DNA from: Candidatus Eiseniibacteriota bacterium
GTDB taxonomy: Bacteria > Eisenbacteria > RBG-16-71-46 > CAVPCR01
DNA length: 64,000 nucleotides
Assembly (NCBI GenBank): GCA_963823555.1
Contig: CAWGMA010000001.1
Span: 96,001-160,000 of the forward strand
Direction: 5' to 3'
This document shows positions 31,079-43,737 of the stretch, one piece after another; position 1 is the stretch's first letter, and each line of letters starts with the position of its first letter. The notes under the pieces were generated by a model. It was not told where the DNA came from. It searched no databases and saw nothing but the letters and a program-made list of their open reading frames with translations. The translations under genes were made by a program, and so were the position numbers.

Positions 31079-32382
31079 ACGACCTCGGCGGGTGCGAGCC
31101 GGAGGCGCGGCCAGCCATCTTCCGCTGGGGCTCCATCGACGCACACGCGCAGCGCCAGCGTGCGCGGCAGGTGATCGAGGGAGACATCCTGGGATGAATG
31201 CCTGTCTTTGTTGACGGCTAGCCACGCCCGCGCGCTCCCGGCCTGTTTCTCGAGGAGGAGCGTCGGCTGGTCGAGATCGCTGATTGCGGTAACGGTCTCG
31301 CCGGCCAGTGCCGGATGGATCGCCTTGGCGGCGTTCACCTGCATGATGAACGCACGGAGGTCGCAAGCCGGTTTCTCCCAGTCGGTCGCCCTGGTCGTGA
31401 CCACGTCGAGCTTCCGGCGGGCTCCGAACTCGTAGCCGATCGGCATCATGACCGCGCTCGAGAAGGCAGCGGCGAAGGCGTAGCGCTGGCGCTGGGCGGC
31501 GATCGAGCTGCCGGTCTCGGCCATCAGGCGCGGGGTGTCGTGCGATTCAGGGAAGCTGACGGAGGGGGCGATCGCCGAGTGGGCCTGTTGCTGCTCCAGG
31601 CACCACGGGGCGCTGAAATCCCACCACTTCGCGCTGGAGAAGAGAAAGTCCAGGCCAGCGGGCCGAAGCGCCGTGATCTCCTCGAGGCGGGCACCGAGCG
31701 TTTCAGCGAAGAAGGTGGCCCCGGGACGCACGGTCCGGGCGCGGGCGATGAGCCTGGACCACAGATCGGCAGGGACCTTGTAGGCGGCATCGGCGCGAAA
31801 CCCCTCGAAGCCCAGCTCGGCGTAGAACTCGACGAGATCCTCCCAGTGCCGCCAGAGTCGATCGCGATCGGGCGAGTGATCGTTGTCGACCTCGGCGAGA
31901 TCCCCCCACACCGTCACGCGCCGGGCATCGGCAGGGTCGATGGCCCGCGGACTCTCGACCTCTCCCGCGGCGTCACGCCGGTACCACTCGCGGTGCTCGC
32001 CCACAAGCATGGCATCGCGCGCGGTGTGGTTGATGACCAGATCCATCACCGGCCGGAGCCCGAGGGAGCGGATCGCGCCGATCGTCTCGCGGAGGAGGCC
32101 AAGACCCCCGTCGGCCCGAGGTCGCTCCTCGTAGTGGGCGTCGGGATGGCCGGCGGGAAGCAGAAGCGGGTCGACGCGGAAGTGATCCTTGACCGCGTAC
32201 ATGCTCCCGGAGAATCCAGGGTAATGGAACGGGTTCAGATAGAGCCAGTCGAAGCCCATGTCGCGCGCACGACGGGCATGGTCGAGCCAGCGGGTCATAT
32301 CGCCGGCGAGGCGAGGAAAGAGATTGTAGATGCGCGGTGGCGGGCTCGGGTCTTCCATCATGAATGCCGCAGTGTACATCAA
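31027..32382 (-). CDS. GH13 alpha-amylase family glycosidase (start may be 32361)
   Basis: MDLVINH, GFRADAA, FAETLG and FPESHD catalytic regions. Confidence 0.9.
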   Translation of the reverse strand: MMYTAAFMMEDPSPPPRIYNLFPRLAGDMTRWLDHARRARDMGFDWLYLNPFHYPGFSGSMYAVKDHFRVDPLLLPAGHPDAHYEERPRADGGLGLLRETIGAIRSLGLRPVMDLVINHTARDAMLVGEHREWYRRDAAGEVESPRAIDPADARRVTVWGDLAEVDNDHSPDRDRLWRHWEDLVEFYAELGFEGFRADAAYKVPADLWSRLIARARTVRPGATFFAETLGARLEEITALRPAGLDFLFSSAKWWDFSAPWCLEQQQAHSAIAPSVSFPESHDTPRLMAETGSSIAAQRQRYAFAAAFSSAVMMPIGYEFGARRKLDVVTTRATDWEKPACDLRAFIMQVNAAKAIHPALAGETVTAISDLDQPTLLLEKQAGSARAWLAVNKDRHSSQDVSLDHLPRTLALRVCVDGAPAEDGWPRLRLAPAEVVYLLPEGDVGEASVDQG

Positions 32383-32493
32383 CGCCGCCGCGGCCGCAGC
32401 AGCGGTTCCGGCCGGCCGGGACGAGCAGAAGGCCCCGCAGGCGTCGACCTGCGGGGCCTTGGCATCGCGATAATGGGATCAGGCTTGAGCGTC

Positions 32494-32973
32494 CTAGCGG
32501 AACATCTGCTTGATCTCACCCCAGGTGCCGGACTCCACGGCGGTGGCTCCGCCCTGAATCTGGGCACGGATCTCACCGCCCGGGAACTGGGTCGTGTGGA
32601 CGTTCACGTAGAGGTTGCCGTTCTGTAGATCAGGCAAGTCCGCGGCAGCGAACATGATCTGCCCCTGGAAGCCGCTCGGGAAGGGACCTGCCGAGAGCGG
32701 GTAGACGACCGCGCCGTTGATCCCGGCGGGCGCGCGGTGGATATGCGATGCCGTCGTCGTGCCGAGGAGATCCTGGTAGTCGATCTGGAAGGTCATGATG
32801 AGGGTGACATCGTTGAGAACCGCCGTGAAGGTGCCCGTCCCCGGTGAGGGATTCGGTGGGACCTCGTTCGTGCCGTTCAGGTTGGCGACCCAGTTGCTGG
32901 CCTGGGCGGTGCCGGCAAAGCCGATGGCGACGACGGCGGTCAATACCAGGATGCGCTGAATCCTGCTGTTCAT
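32494..32973 (-). CDS. Secreted CHRD-domain protein with TWGxIK C-terminal tail
   Basis: GGAGG RBS; signal peptide; NEVPP, ASHIH and GNLYVNVHTTQFPGGEIRAQI; ends ATAVESGTWGEIKQMFR. Confidence 0.9.
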   Translation of the reverse strand: MNSRIQRILVLTAVVAIGFAGTAQASNWVANLNGTNEVPPNPSPGTGTFTAVLNDVTLIMTFQIDYQDLLGTTTASHIHRAPAGINGAVVYPLSAGPFPSGFQGQIMFAAADLPDLQNGNLYVNVHTTQFPGGEIRAQIQGGATAVESGTWGEIKQMFR

Positions 32974-33108
32974 GATTGCCTCCGAGATGGCGATGCGAAG
33001 AGCCGGCACCAGGCGAGGCTCCGGGAGCCTGCCGGCCATGGTCGGGGGACCCGTGTCGTTGGGATCGCGCCGAGCCGGCAACCGGTTCAGATGATGAGGA
33101 CTTCGTGA

Positions 33109-33636
33109 CTAACCGGATGACTCGGTGATCTTCGCCAGGGCCTCGAGAGCGGATTGCATCTCCGCCTCGGACTTGGCGACGGTCGCCTTGCGATCTTCGG
33201 GCTTGCTCTCATCGGTATATTGCTCGATGAGGGTCACCTTGGTCCCGGCGGCGGTGGGCTGGAGCAGGATCTTGGCCTGACACAGGTAGGAGCCGTTGGT
33301 CGGCTCGTGGGCCACGCGGAGTTCCTTCTCCTTGGCCATGTAGGTGACGATCGAGCGCCCGCCATTCCCGTAATCGTCCTTGAATTCGACCGAGTCGCCG
33401 ACCTTGGCAAGCGATATCGCCTTGTTTCCCTCGCTCTTCCAGGCGGGGCACCAGACCGCCAGGCTCTGGCCCGAGGTCATGTGCTGCCACACCTTGGCGG
33501 GCGGTGCGTTGATCTCCTTGGCCACGGTGAAGCGGACCGCTGGAATCTCCTCCGCGGCCTGGCCCGCAGTGGAGAGCATCAATGTCGGTGCCATGGCAAG
33601 GGCGACAATCAGAGCAATGGGTTCGGGACCACGCAT
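33109..33636 (-). CDS. SRPBCC/START-like domain protein with signal peptide
   Basis: EINAPPAKVWQHMT...W, GTKVTLIEQ and a C-terminal helix (LEALAKITE). Confidence 0.75.
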   Translation of the reverse strand: MRGPEPIALIVALAMAPTLMLSTAGQAAEEIPAVRFTVAKEINAPPAKVWQHMTSGQSLAVWCPAWKSEGNKAISLAKVGDSVEFKDDYGNGGRSIVTYMAKEKELRVAHEPTNGSYLCQAKILLQPTAAGTKVTLIEQYTDESKPEDRKATVAKSEAEMQSALEALAKITESSG

Positions 33637-33877
33637 GATCCAATCCTCCGCGAAGCGAAGCTTCGTCATCCCTCGTTGAGAGCTCGAAACGAGGTCCGCA
33701 ACCACGGGGGTGGTGCGGCCGGAACTTGAAGATGCGAGGCTAGCCCACTCACGCCGGTCCGCGCAAGCGGCACAGCGGTATCATGCTCTTGTCATGAATA
33801 CATGATGTTCTCGCCATCGCGCGGATTCGGAGAGGCGGCTGCGAAAGTCGGTGTTGCCGGTGGCGCCTGAACACGTG

Positions 33878-34069
33878 CTAGTCGGCCCGAAGCCCGGCCC
33901 ACTTCAAGATCGACATCATCGGGCACCAGTGAGAGATGGCCGACTGGAACAGGTTGGCGCCGACGAAGGCGGTAAAGGCGAAGAACCAGGGATTCACCCA
34001 GACTCCAAGCGCGACCGAGATGAGCACGAAGATGCCGGCGATGGCGCGCAGTGCTTCGTTGATGGTCAT
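33878..34069 (-). CDS. DUF2892 (YgaP-like) small membrane protein
   Basis: RAIAGIFVL...FVGANLFQSAISHWCPM; GGAGG RBS. Confidence 0.85.
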   Translation of the reverse strand: MTINEALRAIAGIFVLISVALGVWVNPWFFAFTAFVGANLFQSAISHWCPMMSILKWAGLRAD

Positions 34070-34114
34070 TGTATCGATTCCTCCTTGCAGATGATTCAAC
34101 CCGAGGGGCATGTC

Positions 34115-34398
34115 TCAGGCCATGCGCTCGACGGGGACGACGAAGAGCTTGGACACCCGATCCCCGGCGGCGTCGCGCCGGCGAGCCAGCTCGGTGAACA
34201 GCCGCGCCGCCTGCGCGTCCTCCTCGACGACGAGGAGCATGACGAGCCCACCCGGATGGACGCGATCTCCGGCGTGGACACCGGTCTCTCCCGCTCCCTC
34301 GAGCACCGGGCACGCGGTGTAGCCCGCCACACCGATCTCATGGAGATCGGCGCGGATGGTGTCGAGCCGGGCCGCATCGGCCATCATCATGACCATCT

Positions 34399-34402
<4 letters not shown>
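34115..34402 (-). CDS. P-II-like small protein
   Basis: MKMVMM...GVAGYT...EGAGETG...KLFVVPVE fits the P-II fold pattern; ATGA-coupled to the RND gene with a GAAGGAGG RBS. Confidence 0.65.
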
Positions 34403-37611
<3,209 letters not shown>

Positions 37612-37615
<4 letters not shown>

Positions 37616-38694
37616 GGCGCGGCCTCGACCGGGCGGCCGTCGGCGAGGAGATCAGGTTCGAGGGCGATCGTCTCGCCGGACTCGAGTCCGGCAAGGACTT
37701 CGATCTCATCGCCGTCCCTTGCTCCAGGGCGGATCCAGCGCAGGACCGCCTTGCCATCGCGGACCACGAAGACGCCGGTGAGTCCGCCGCGGCGGATCAG
37801 GGCCCGTTCGGGGATGCGAATGGCCGCATCCGCCGTGGCGCTGATTCCCGGTGCTTTGATCCGCACCCGGGCGAACGCGCCAGGCTCGAGCTTGAGCCCC
37901 GAGTCCGACGGGCGTAGGCGTGCCGTCCGGGAGCGGGAGGTGAAATCGACCATACCGTCGAGGCGGACGAGCGTCGCCGGATGGAAGGGGCCATCGCCGA
38001 CCTGGAAGCTGAGCTGCGCCTGGTCGAGGAGCGGGACTGCCGACTCGGGGAGGGGAACCACGATAAGGCCCGCCTCGCGCGACCGGATATCGAGGAGCGG
38101 AGTCCCGGGGCCCACGCTCGCGCCGGGGTCGACATGGCGGCGCACGACCACGCCGGCGAAGGGAGCGGTGACCGCGGTGGCGGCGGCGAGCTCGGCCAGC
38201 CCCGATCCGGCGGCGGCGAGCTCGGCCTCGGCGGCCTGCCGCTCGGCAGCGGCCATCTCGCGCTCGTGCAGGGCCACCACCCGGATCGCGTAAAGCGAGT
38301 CGAGTCGCGCTTCCTGGCGAGCCGCCAGATCGCGGTGGACCTGAGCCGCTTCGCGCCGGGCGCGCGCCGCGGCCAGCGCCTCGCGCGTCTCCGGAGCGGC
38401 GAATTCAGCCAGCACGTCGCCCTCGGCGAACGGCTCACCCTCGCGGACGAGAGTGCGGGTGAGGCGCGCAGGGATGCGGGCGGTGATCGTCACCTCCTCG
38501 CGGGCCTCGATACGCGCCGGGAGCACGATCGCTCCGCTCTCGCCGCCGGCGCCGACGGCAAAGGTGGCTGTTCGGACTGCCGGTCCGGCTTCTGCGGCCG
38601 GTTCAGGGTGCTCGCGGCCGCATCCGGTCATGAGGAAAGCGGCGGCGAGCGCGGGCCAGAGTGCGAGCTTCATCGCACCGAATGCGTGCCTCAT
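37612..38694 (-). CDS. RND periplasmic adaptor lipoprotein
   Basis: Lipobox MTGC; VTAPFAGVVV, PGAFARV and EVLAGLESGE. Confidence 0.9.
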
Positions 38695-40076
38695 CGCAGT
38701 GCTCCGATTGAGTGCAGGTAGCGGTAATGGGACAGGATGAGCCCGGCGGCCGCATCCACCTCGTTCTGGCGGGCCCGAGCGGCGCCGGCCTCGGCGGCGA
38801 GGAGCTCGCTCTGGGGCAAGAGTCCAGCGGCATAGCGCGCAGAGGCGAGACGGAGCGCCTCCTCGGCTGCGGTGCGTGCGGTCCTCGTCACCTGGAGCCG
38901 CTCGTCCGCAATGGCGTACTCCTCGCGCGCCTGGGTCGCCGCAGTCGTCAGGTTGCGGCGGAGGATGGCGGCTTCGGCCCGAGCCACCTCGGCCCTGGCG
39001 GTGGCCATCTGCCGTTCGCGGACGATGCGCCCGCCGTCGAACAACGGCCACGAGAGCCCGAGACCCGCGCTCCAGCGGTCCTCACTCCCGCCATCGTCCC
39101 ACGGCCGGTACCAGGTGTAGGCGAAGCGGGAATTGAGGGATGGTGCGAACGCGTAGGCCGAACGCCGCGACTCGATGCCGAGGACTTCCGCCCGCTCCTC
39201 GGCCGCGCGCAGATTCCCGTGCTGATCCGCATAGGTCGATGCCAGCGTCGTGTCCGGGAGGGTGGGTAGAGACGAGGGCTCGAGCCCCGCGACTTCGCTG
39301 GCGGCGATGGGTGCGCCCACGAGCCTGGACAGCCGATCGAGAGATACCGCGTAGTTCTTGCGCGAGTCGAGCCAGCCGAGCTCCACCTCTCCGGCGTGAG
39401 CGGCGGCCAGCAGCGTGTCGAGCTCGGCGACCTGCCCTGTGGTGTGAAGTCCTACGGCTGATCGCCAGTTTTCGCGTGCCGCAGCGAGGGCGAGCGAGTC
39501 GGCTTCGAGCGCTTCGCGGGCGCGCGCCGCACCGACATAGGTCTCGACCGCACCGAGGAGATGATCGGCCTTGAGGGCGTCTTCCTGGGCGCTGGCGGCG
39601 GCGCCCAGGTGGCCGGCGAGGGCGGGGGAGGTCCATTCGGCGCCCCGGTTCCAGATCGGCTGCTCGAGGACGAAGCCATACTGGATGGCGGTCTCGGGAT
39701 CGGGGTAGTTGAGGGCGTCGAGCGCGAAGTCCTCCTGGCTGAACCGCCCCTGCCAGAGCTTCTCGGAGAAGAGGATGGCCGGATCATCGGTGCGCAGGAG
39801 CCCGGCATCGAAGCGGAGCCGGGGGAGGAGAGCCGACCAGGCGGTCCCGCCCTCGGCGCGACCGGCGCGCCCCTGGGCCTCTGCGGCCTTGACCCCGGGA
39901 TCCTCGGCCCGGACCTGGTCGAGGACGCGGTCGAGGTTCCAGGGCTCGGCCCGGGCTTCACCCTGGAGGGTGGCGGCGAGGAGGAGCGCGCTCGATAAGA
40001 GGGCCAGCGCAACCGTTTTCAGGGACAGCGCTGGCGCCCGGGCCGCGGAACCTATGGCTGGGAATTGGTTTGGCAT
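38691..40076 (-). CDS. TolC family outer membrane efflux protein (start uncertain)
   Basis: LEQPIW, LSWPLFDGG and ARYAAGL...ELLAAE OEP repeats; heads the RND operon. Confidence 0.88.
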   Translation of the reverse strand: MPNQFPAIGSAARAPALSLKTVALALLSSALLLAATLQGEARAEPWNLDRVLDQVRAEDPGVKAAEAQGRAGRAEGGTAWSALLPRLRFDAGLLRTDDPAILFSEKLWQGRFSQEDFALDALNYPDPETAIQYGFVLEQPIWNRGAEWTSPALAGHLGAAASAQEDALKADHLLGAVETYVGAARAREALEADSLALAAARENWRSAVGLHTTGQVAELDTLLAAAHAGEVELGWLDSRKNYAVSLDRLSRLVGAPIAASEVAGLEPSSLPTLPDTTLASTYADQHGNLRAAEERAEVLGIESRRSAYAFAPSLNSRFAYTWYRPWDDGGSEDRWSAGLGLSWPLFDGGRIVRERQMATARAEVARAEAAILRRNLTTAATQAREEYAIADERLQVTRTARTAAEEALRLASARYAAGLLPQSELLAAEAGAARARQNEVDAAAGLILSHYRYLHSIGALR

Positions 40077-40180
40077 GGCACTCGGTGGGAGCCAGCTGAG
40101 CTGCAAAGGATTCAGCGGGCGGCTCGCCACGCGCCGGTGCCCCCCCGGCGGTGGATGTCGGCGATGGCGCATCTGGACTC

Positions 40181-40456
40181 CTATTCGCCCCGACCGAAGA
40201 GGAACACCGCACCGAGGATCAGGAAGAGGACTCCGGCCCCGCGCCGGATCCAGACCGGCGGGACCGCTCGACTCAGCGCTTCACCGGCGAGAACGGCAAT
40301 CGCCGATGTGGCGACCAGGGCCAGCGCGGCTCCGCCAAACACGATCAGACGCGAAGAACCGCCGGCAGCCAGCGAGAGGGTGGCCAGCTGCGTCTTGTCG
40401 CCGAGTTCGGCGAGGAAGATGGCGGCGAAGGTCGAGGCGAACAGCTTCCAGTCCAA
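40181..40456 (-). CDS. Half-size TMEM165/GDT1 (UPF0016) protein (TTG start)
   Basis: IFLAELGDKTQLAT motif; three TM helices; AGGAGG RBS. Confidence 0.9.
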   Translation of the reverse strand: MDWKLFASTFAAIFLAELGDKTQLATLSLAAGGSSRLIVFGGAALALVATSAIAVLAGEALSRAVPPVWIRRGAGVLFLILGAVFLFGRGE

Positions 40457-40496
40457 TCTTGTTTCCTCCTGCGTGATATGCACGACGTGATCGAGA

Positions 40497-41024
40497 TCAC
40501 GGGAGCGGTGTGCCAGGGTTCAGAGCAACGCTCTTGAAGAGGATGGTGGCCAGCCAGCCGGCGATCGGTGGAAAGAAGAAGGTGCAGGTCAGGCGAATCG
40601 CGGTGAATCTCCATCCGAGGAGCCCGATTTCCATCGGCAGTCGAGCCACCGACCACAGCGACCAGGCGGTCAGGAAGGCGACCAGGGTTCCCACTCCGGC
40701 GCCCGTGCGCATCAGGCCGGCGACAACCGGGAGGCTGATGTAGGGCCCGCCCGGCGTCAACCCGCCGGCCACGGTTCCGATCCAGATGCCGCGCATGCCG
40801 GCCTCGGCCCCGATCCAGCGGGCCACGACCTGGCTCGGCAGGAATGCCTGGACCATGCCGGCGACGATGAAGGCGCATAGCAAGAGCGGCAGGATCTGGA
40901 TGGTCATGCTGGCGCCGGCCTTCAAGCCCACGAGGTGCTCGTGGTGTCCTCGGACCATCCCGAGCAGCACAAGGGCGGCGGCGAGCACGGCCATGATCAG
41001 CGTGGGCACGAGCATCCGTGGCAT
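40497..41024 (-). CDS. Predicted permease (DUF318/ArsP-like, half-size)
   Basis: AGGLTPGGPYISLPV, GAGVGTLVAFLTAW and RLPMEIGLLG. Confidence 0.8.
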   Translation of the reverse strand: MPRMLVPTLIMAVLAAALVLLGMVRGHHEHLVGLKAGASMTIQILPLLLCAFIVAGMVQAFLPSQVVARWIGAEAGMRGIWIGTVAGGLTPGGPYISLPVVAGLMRTGAGVGTLVAFLTAWSLWSVARLPMEIGLLGWRFTAIRLTCTFFFPPIAGWLATILFKSVALNPGTPLP

Positions 41025-41091
41025 TCGAATTCCCTCCTTCCAGCGCTTCCCCTCACCAGCATCACGCGCCAGGCGACGATGTCAGGAGTTC

Positions 41092-41631
41092 TCACTCCTC
41101 CCGGACCTTGTGTCGGGCCGGCCGCTCCAGGTCCGACCGCCAGGCGCCGCGGCCGCGCACGTGCTCCTCGAACGCGGTATCCAGCACGGTGCGCCGTTCC
41201 CGCCATTGCCGGCGCATGGCCCACTCATCGGCGACATGGGCATACCCTGGCGAGACCAGCGGCTCAGCGCGCTCGACCGCGATGAAGATGACGGAATCGA
41301 CCGGATACTCCACGCCCTCTTCGGCAAGGACTCGCGCCACCGCCGCGCGGGAGAGGGCATCGCCCTGGTGCACCATGGCCCGGCCGAAGAAGCGATACCC
41401 TCGCCGCGAGGTCTGATCCACGACGTTGAGCTCGATCCACGGGTTGTGAGCGAGGTTGCATCGGGTCCGGGGTGACGCGATGTCGAGGAAGAAGAGGAGA
41501 TGCGCGTCCCAGACCCGGATCGTTCCCTTCGGGGAGAGGTTCGGGCGCCCATCGGCCGTGACGGTGGCCGCGAAGCAGAGATGAGCACTCTCGATCACTG
41601 CGCGCATGTCGTTGTCAATGGGGAGGTGCAT
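41092..41631 (-). CDS. Pyridoxamine 5'-phosphate oxidase family protein
   Basis: ATVTADGRPNLSPKGT, RTRCNLAHNP and RRGYRFFG. Confidence 0.85.
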   Translation of the reverse strand: MHLPIDNDMRAVIESAHLCFAATVTADGRPNLSPKGTIRVWDAHLLFFLDIASPRTRCNLAHNPWIELNVVDQTSRRGYRFFGRAMVHQGDALSRAAVARVLAEEGVEYPVDSVIFIAVERAEPLVSPGYAHVADEWAMRRQWRERRTVLDTAFEEHVRGRGAWRSDLERPARHKVREE

Positions 41632-41645
41632 TTCCTGGTTCCTCC

Positions 41646-41867
41646 TTACCGCTCCTGCTGGCGACGCAGCAAGGCGGGCCGCCCATCGGCGCTGGCATCC
41701 GGTCCGATCTCCCGAGTGAAGCGCAAGAAGTAGGTTCCAGAAGCGGCGTGCGGGGTGGATGCGGCGGCATCCGGCTGGATCATGACGGATGCGATGATGA
41801 GGCGGAGGATGAGAGTGGCGGCCGGAATGACATGGGACGGCCATACGTGGCGTGAACCGGCGCGCAT
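41646..41867 (-). CDS. Small hypothetical ORF, possibly the remnant of a secreted protein
   Basis: GGGAGG RBS before ATG; signal-peptide-like N-terminus; ASGTYFLRF resembles the end of FlgD-Ig tails. Confidence 0.3.
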   Translation of the reverse strand: MRAGSRHVWPSHVIPAATLILRLIIASVMIQPDAAASTPHAASGTYFLRFTREIGPDASADGRPALLRRQQER

Positions 41868-41975
41868 CGTCAAGTCCTCCCTGCGGTGGCGGGATGGACG
41901 GCTGGCCGCGGCGGGTGAGGTCGCGGTCTCCCGCCCATCGTACCGCATCCCGATTCCCGGTGCCGGAAGGGCCGT

Positions 41976-43223
41976 CTACAACAGGACGCCGGCCACGCAC
42001 GCCACCATGCAGGTGGTGAGCAGCCCGCCGATCATGGCCCGGAACGCCAGTCGAGACAGGTCGGCGCGGCGGTTGGGGGCGAGACCCGAGTAGCCGCCGA
42101 TCTGAATGCCGATCGAGCCGAAGTTGGCGAAACCACAGAGGGCGTAGGAGGCGATCAGGCGCCCGCGTTCAGTGAGCCAAGTCGGATCCTCGGCCAGGCG
42201 CTGGCTCATGTGCGTGTAGGCGACGAACTCGTTGAGCACGGTCTTCTCGCCGAGCAGACTCCCGACCTTCATGACATCGTCCGCTGGTACGCCCATGGCC
42301 CAGGCCAGCGGCGAGAAGATCCAACCGGTGAGGGTGGCGAGATCCAGACTCGCGCCGAAGAAGCGGCTACCCATCCAGCCGAGCATGGCGTCGAGCATGG
42401 CGGTGAGCGCAAGGAAGGCGATGAGCATGGCCCCGACGTTGACTGCCAGGCGGAGTCCATCGGTGGTGCCGGTGGCGATGGCGTCGAGCAGGTTGGCGCT
42501 CGTCTTCGGGATCTCGATATCCACCTGACCCAGCGTGTGCGGCTGTTCGACCTCCGGCATCATGAGCTTGGCGATCACGATCGCTGCCGGAGCACACATG
42601 ACGCTGCAGGCGATCAAGTGCCCCGCGATCTGCGGCACGAAGGGGCCGAGCATGGCCACGTAGGCGGCGAGCACACCGCCGGCCGTGGTGGCGAAGCCGG
42701 CCGTCATGCAGGCCAGGAGCTCCGACATGGTGAGCGTGGGGAGGTAGGGCCGGATGACGAGCGGGGCCTCGGTCTGGCCGACGAAGATATCGGAGACCGT
42801 CGAGAAGCTCTCGGCCCCGCTGACGCCGAGGAAGCGCGACATGAAGCGGGCCATCCACCGGATGACGAGCGGCATGAGTCGCACGTAGTAGAGGATCGAC
42901 ATCAGCGCGGCGAAGAAGATGATCGTGGGCAGGACCTGGAAGGCGAACACATAGCCGAACGAGTCGGTGTTCGAGACCAGGCTGCCAAAGACGAACTCGG
43001 CGCCCTGCTGGCTGAAACCCAGCAGGCCTTCGACCGCATTGTTGGCGAAGAGAAAGCCGCGATTGGCGGGAGTGCGCAGGACGATGAAGGCGAAGCCGAG
43101 AAGGAGCAGGAGCCCGAATCCGATGGTGCGTAGGTTCACATGCCGCCGCCGGTCTCGGGGGCAGATCAGGTAAGCGATCGCCAGCATGACGACGACGCCG
43201 AACGCGCTGGTCAGCCGTTCCAT
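41976..43223 (-). CDS. nupC: Concentrative nucleoside transporter (CNT/NupC family)
   Basis: FAFQVLPTIIFF, FVGQTEAPL, EKTVLNEFVAY and YALCGFANFGSIGI. Confidence 0.93.
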   Translation of the reverse strand: MERLTSAFGVVVMLAIAYLICPRDRRRHVNLRTIGFGLLLLLGFAFIVLRTPANRGFLFANNAVEGLLGFSQQGAEFVFGSLVSNTDSFGYVFAFQVLPTIIFFAALMSILYYVRLMPLVIRWMARFMSRFLGVSGAESFSTVSDIFVGQTEAPLVIRPYLPTLTMSELLACMTAGFATTAGGVLAAYVAMLGPFVPQIAGHLIACSVMCAPAAIVIAKLMMPEVEQPHTLGQVDIEIPKTSANLLDAIATGTTDGLRLAVNVGAMLIAFLALTAMLDAMLGWMGSRFFGASLDLATLTGWIFSPLAWAMGVPADDVMKVGSLLGEKTVLNEFVAYTHMSQRLAEDPTWLTERGRLIASYALCGFANFGSIGIQIGGYSGLAPNRRADLSRLAFRAMIGGLLTTCMVACVAGVLL

Positions 43224-43444
43224 GGGGTGCCTCCGGGGCGGGCCGCTCCTGGTCGCCCGGTTGAGCCAATCGAAGCGGGGACCGTAGCACAGCCCGGCTT
43301 GCGAGCCCACCTGCTGGCGAGGGCGCGGGGCTGGCCGCAGCTCTCGGCCTGGTCCGGCAGCGCTTGCCGCGAGTCGCCGATCGCGGTAGCCTCACTTGCT
43401 CTCGACTGACAGCGCGTGCGACGAGGAGCGAGGAGGTTCGATCC

Positions 43445-43720
43445 ATGGCTCGAATGGTCCAATGTGTGAAGCTGGGGCGAGAAGCGGAAGGGCTGGACAA
43501 GCCGCCGTTTCCCGGCGACCTGGGGCAGCGCATCTATGACAACGTATCCAAGGAGGCCTGGAAGCTCTGGACGCAACACATGACCATGGTCGTCAACGAG
43601 TTCCGGCTGAGCATGGCGAGTCCCGAGTCGCAACAGATCCTCATGCAGCAGATGGAGCAGTTCTTCTTCGGCGAGGGCGCGGCCCTTCCACCCGACTACA
43701 CTCCTCCCTCCTCCAAGTAG
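43445..43720 (+). CDS. yggX: Fe(II)-trafficking/oxidative damage protection protein
   Basis: [37 protein letters not shown]...TMVVNE; GAGGAGG RBS. Confidence 0.95.
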   Translation: MARMVQCVKLGREAEGLDKPPFPGDLGQRIYDNVSKEAWKLWTQHMTMVVNEFRLSMASPESQQILMQQMEQFFFGEGAALPPDYTPPSSK

Positions 43721-43737
43721 CACGGTGTAACGTCGCC

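Noticed and set aside
40077..40180. CGCTGAATCC upstream of tolC resembling the start of a c-di-AMP (ydaO) riboswitch
   Set aside because: The remaining conserved elements are missing and the space is too short. It forms only a simple hairpin.
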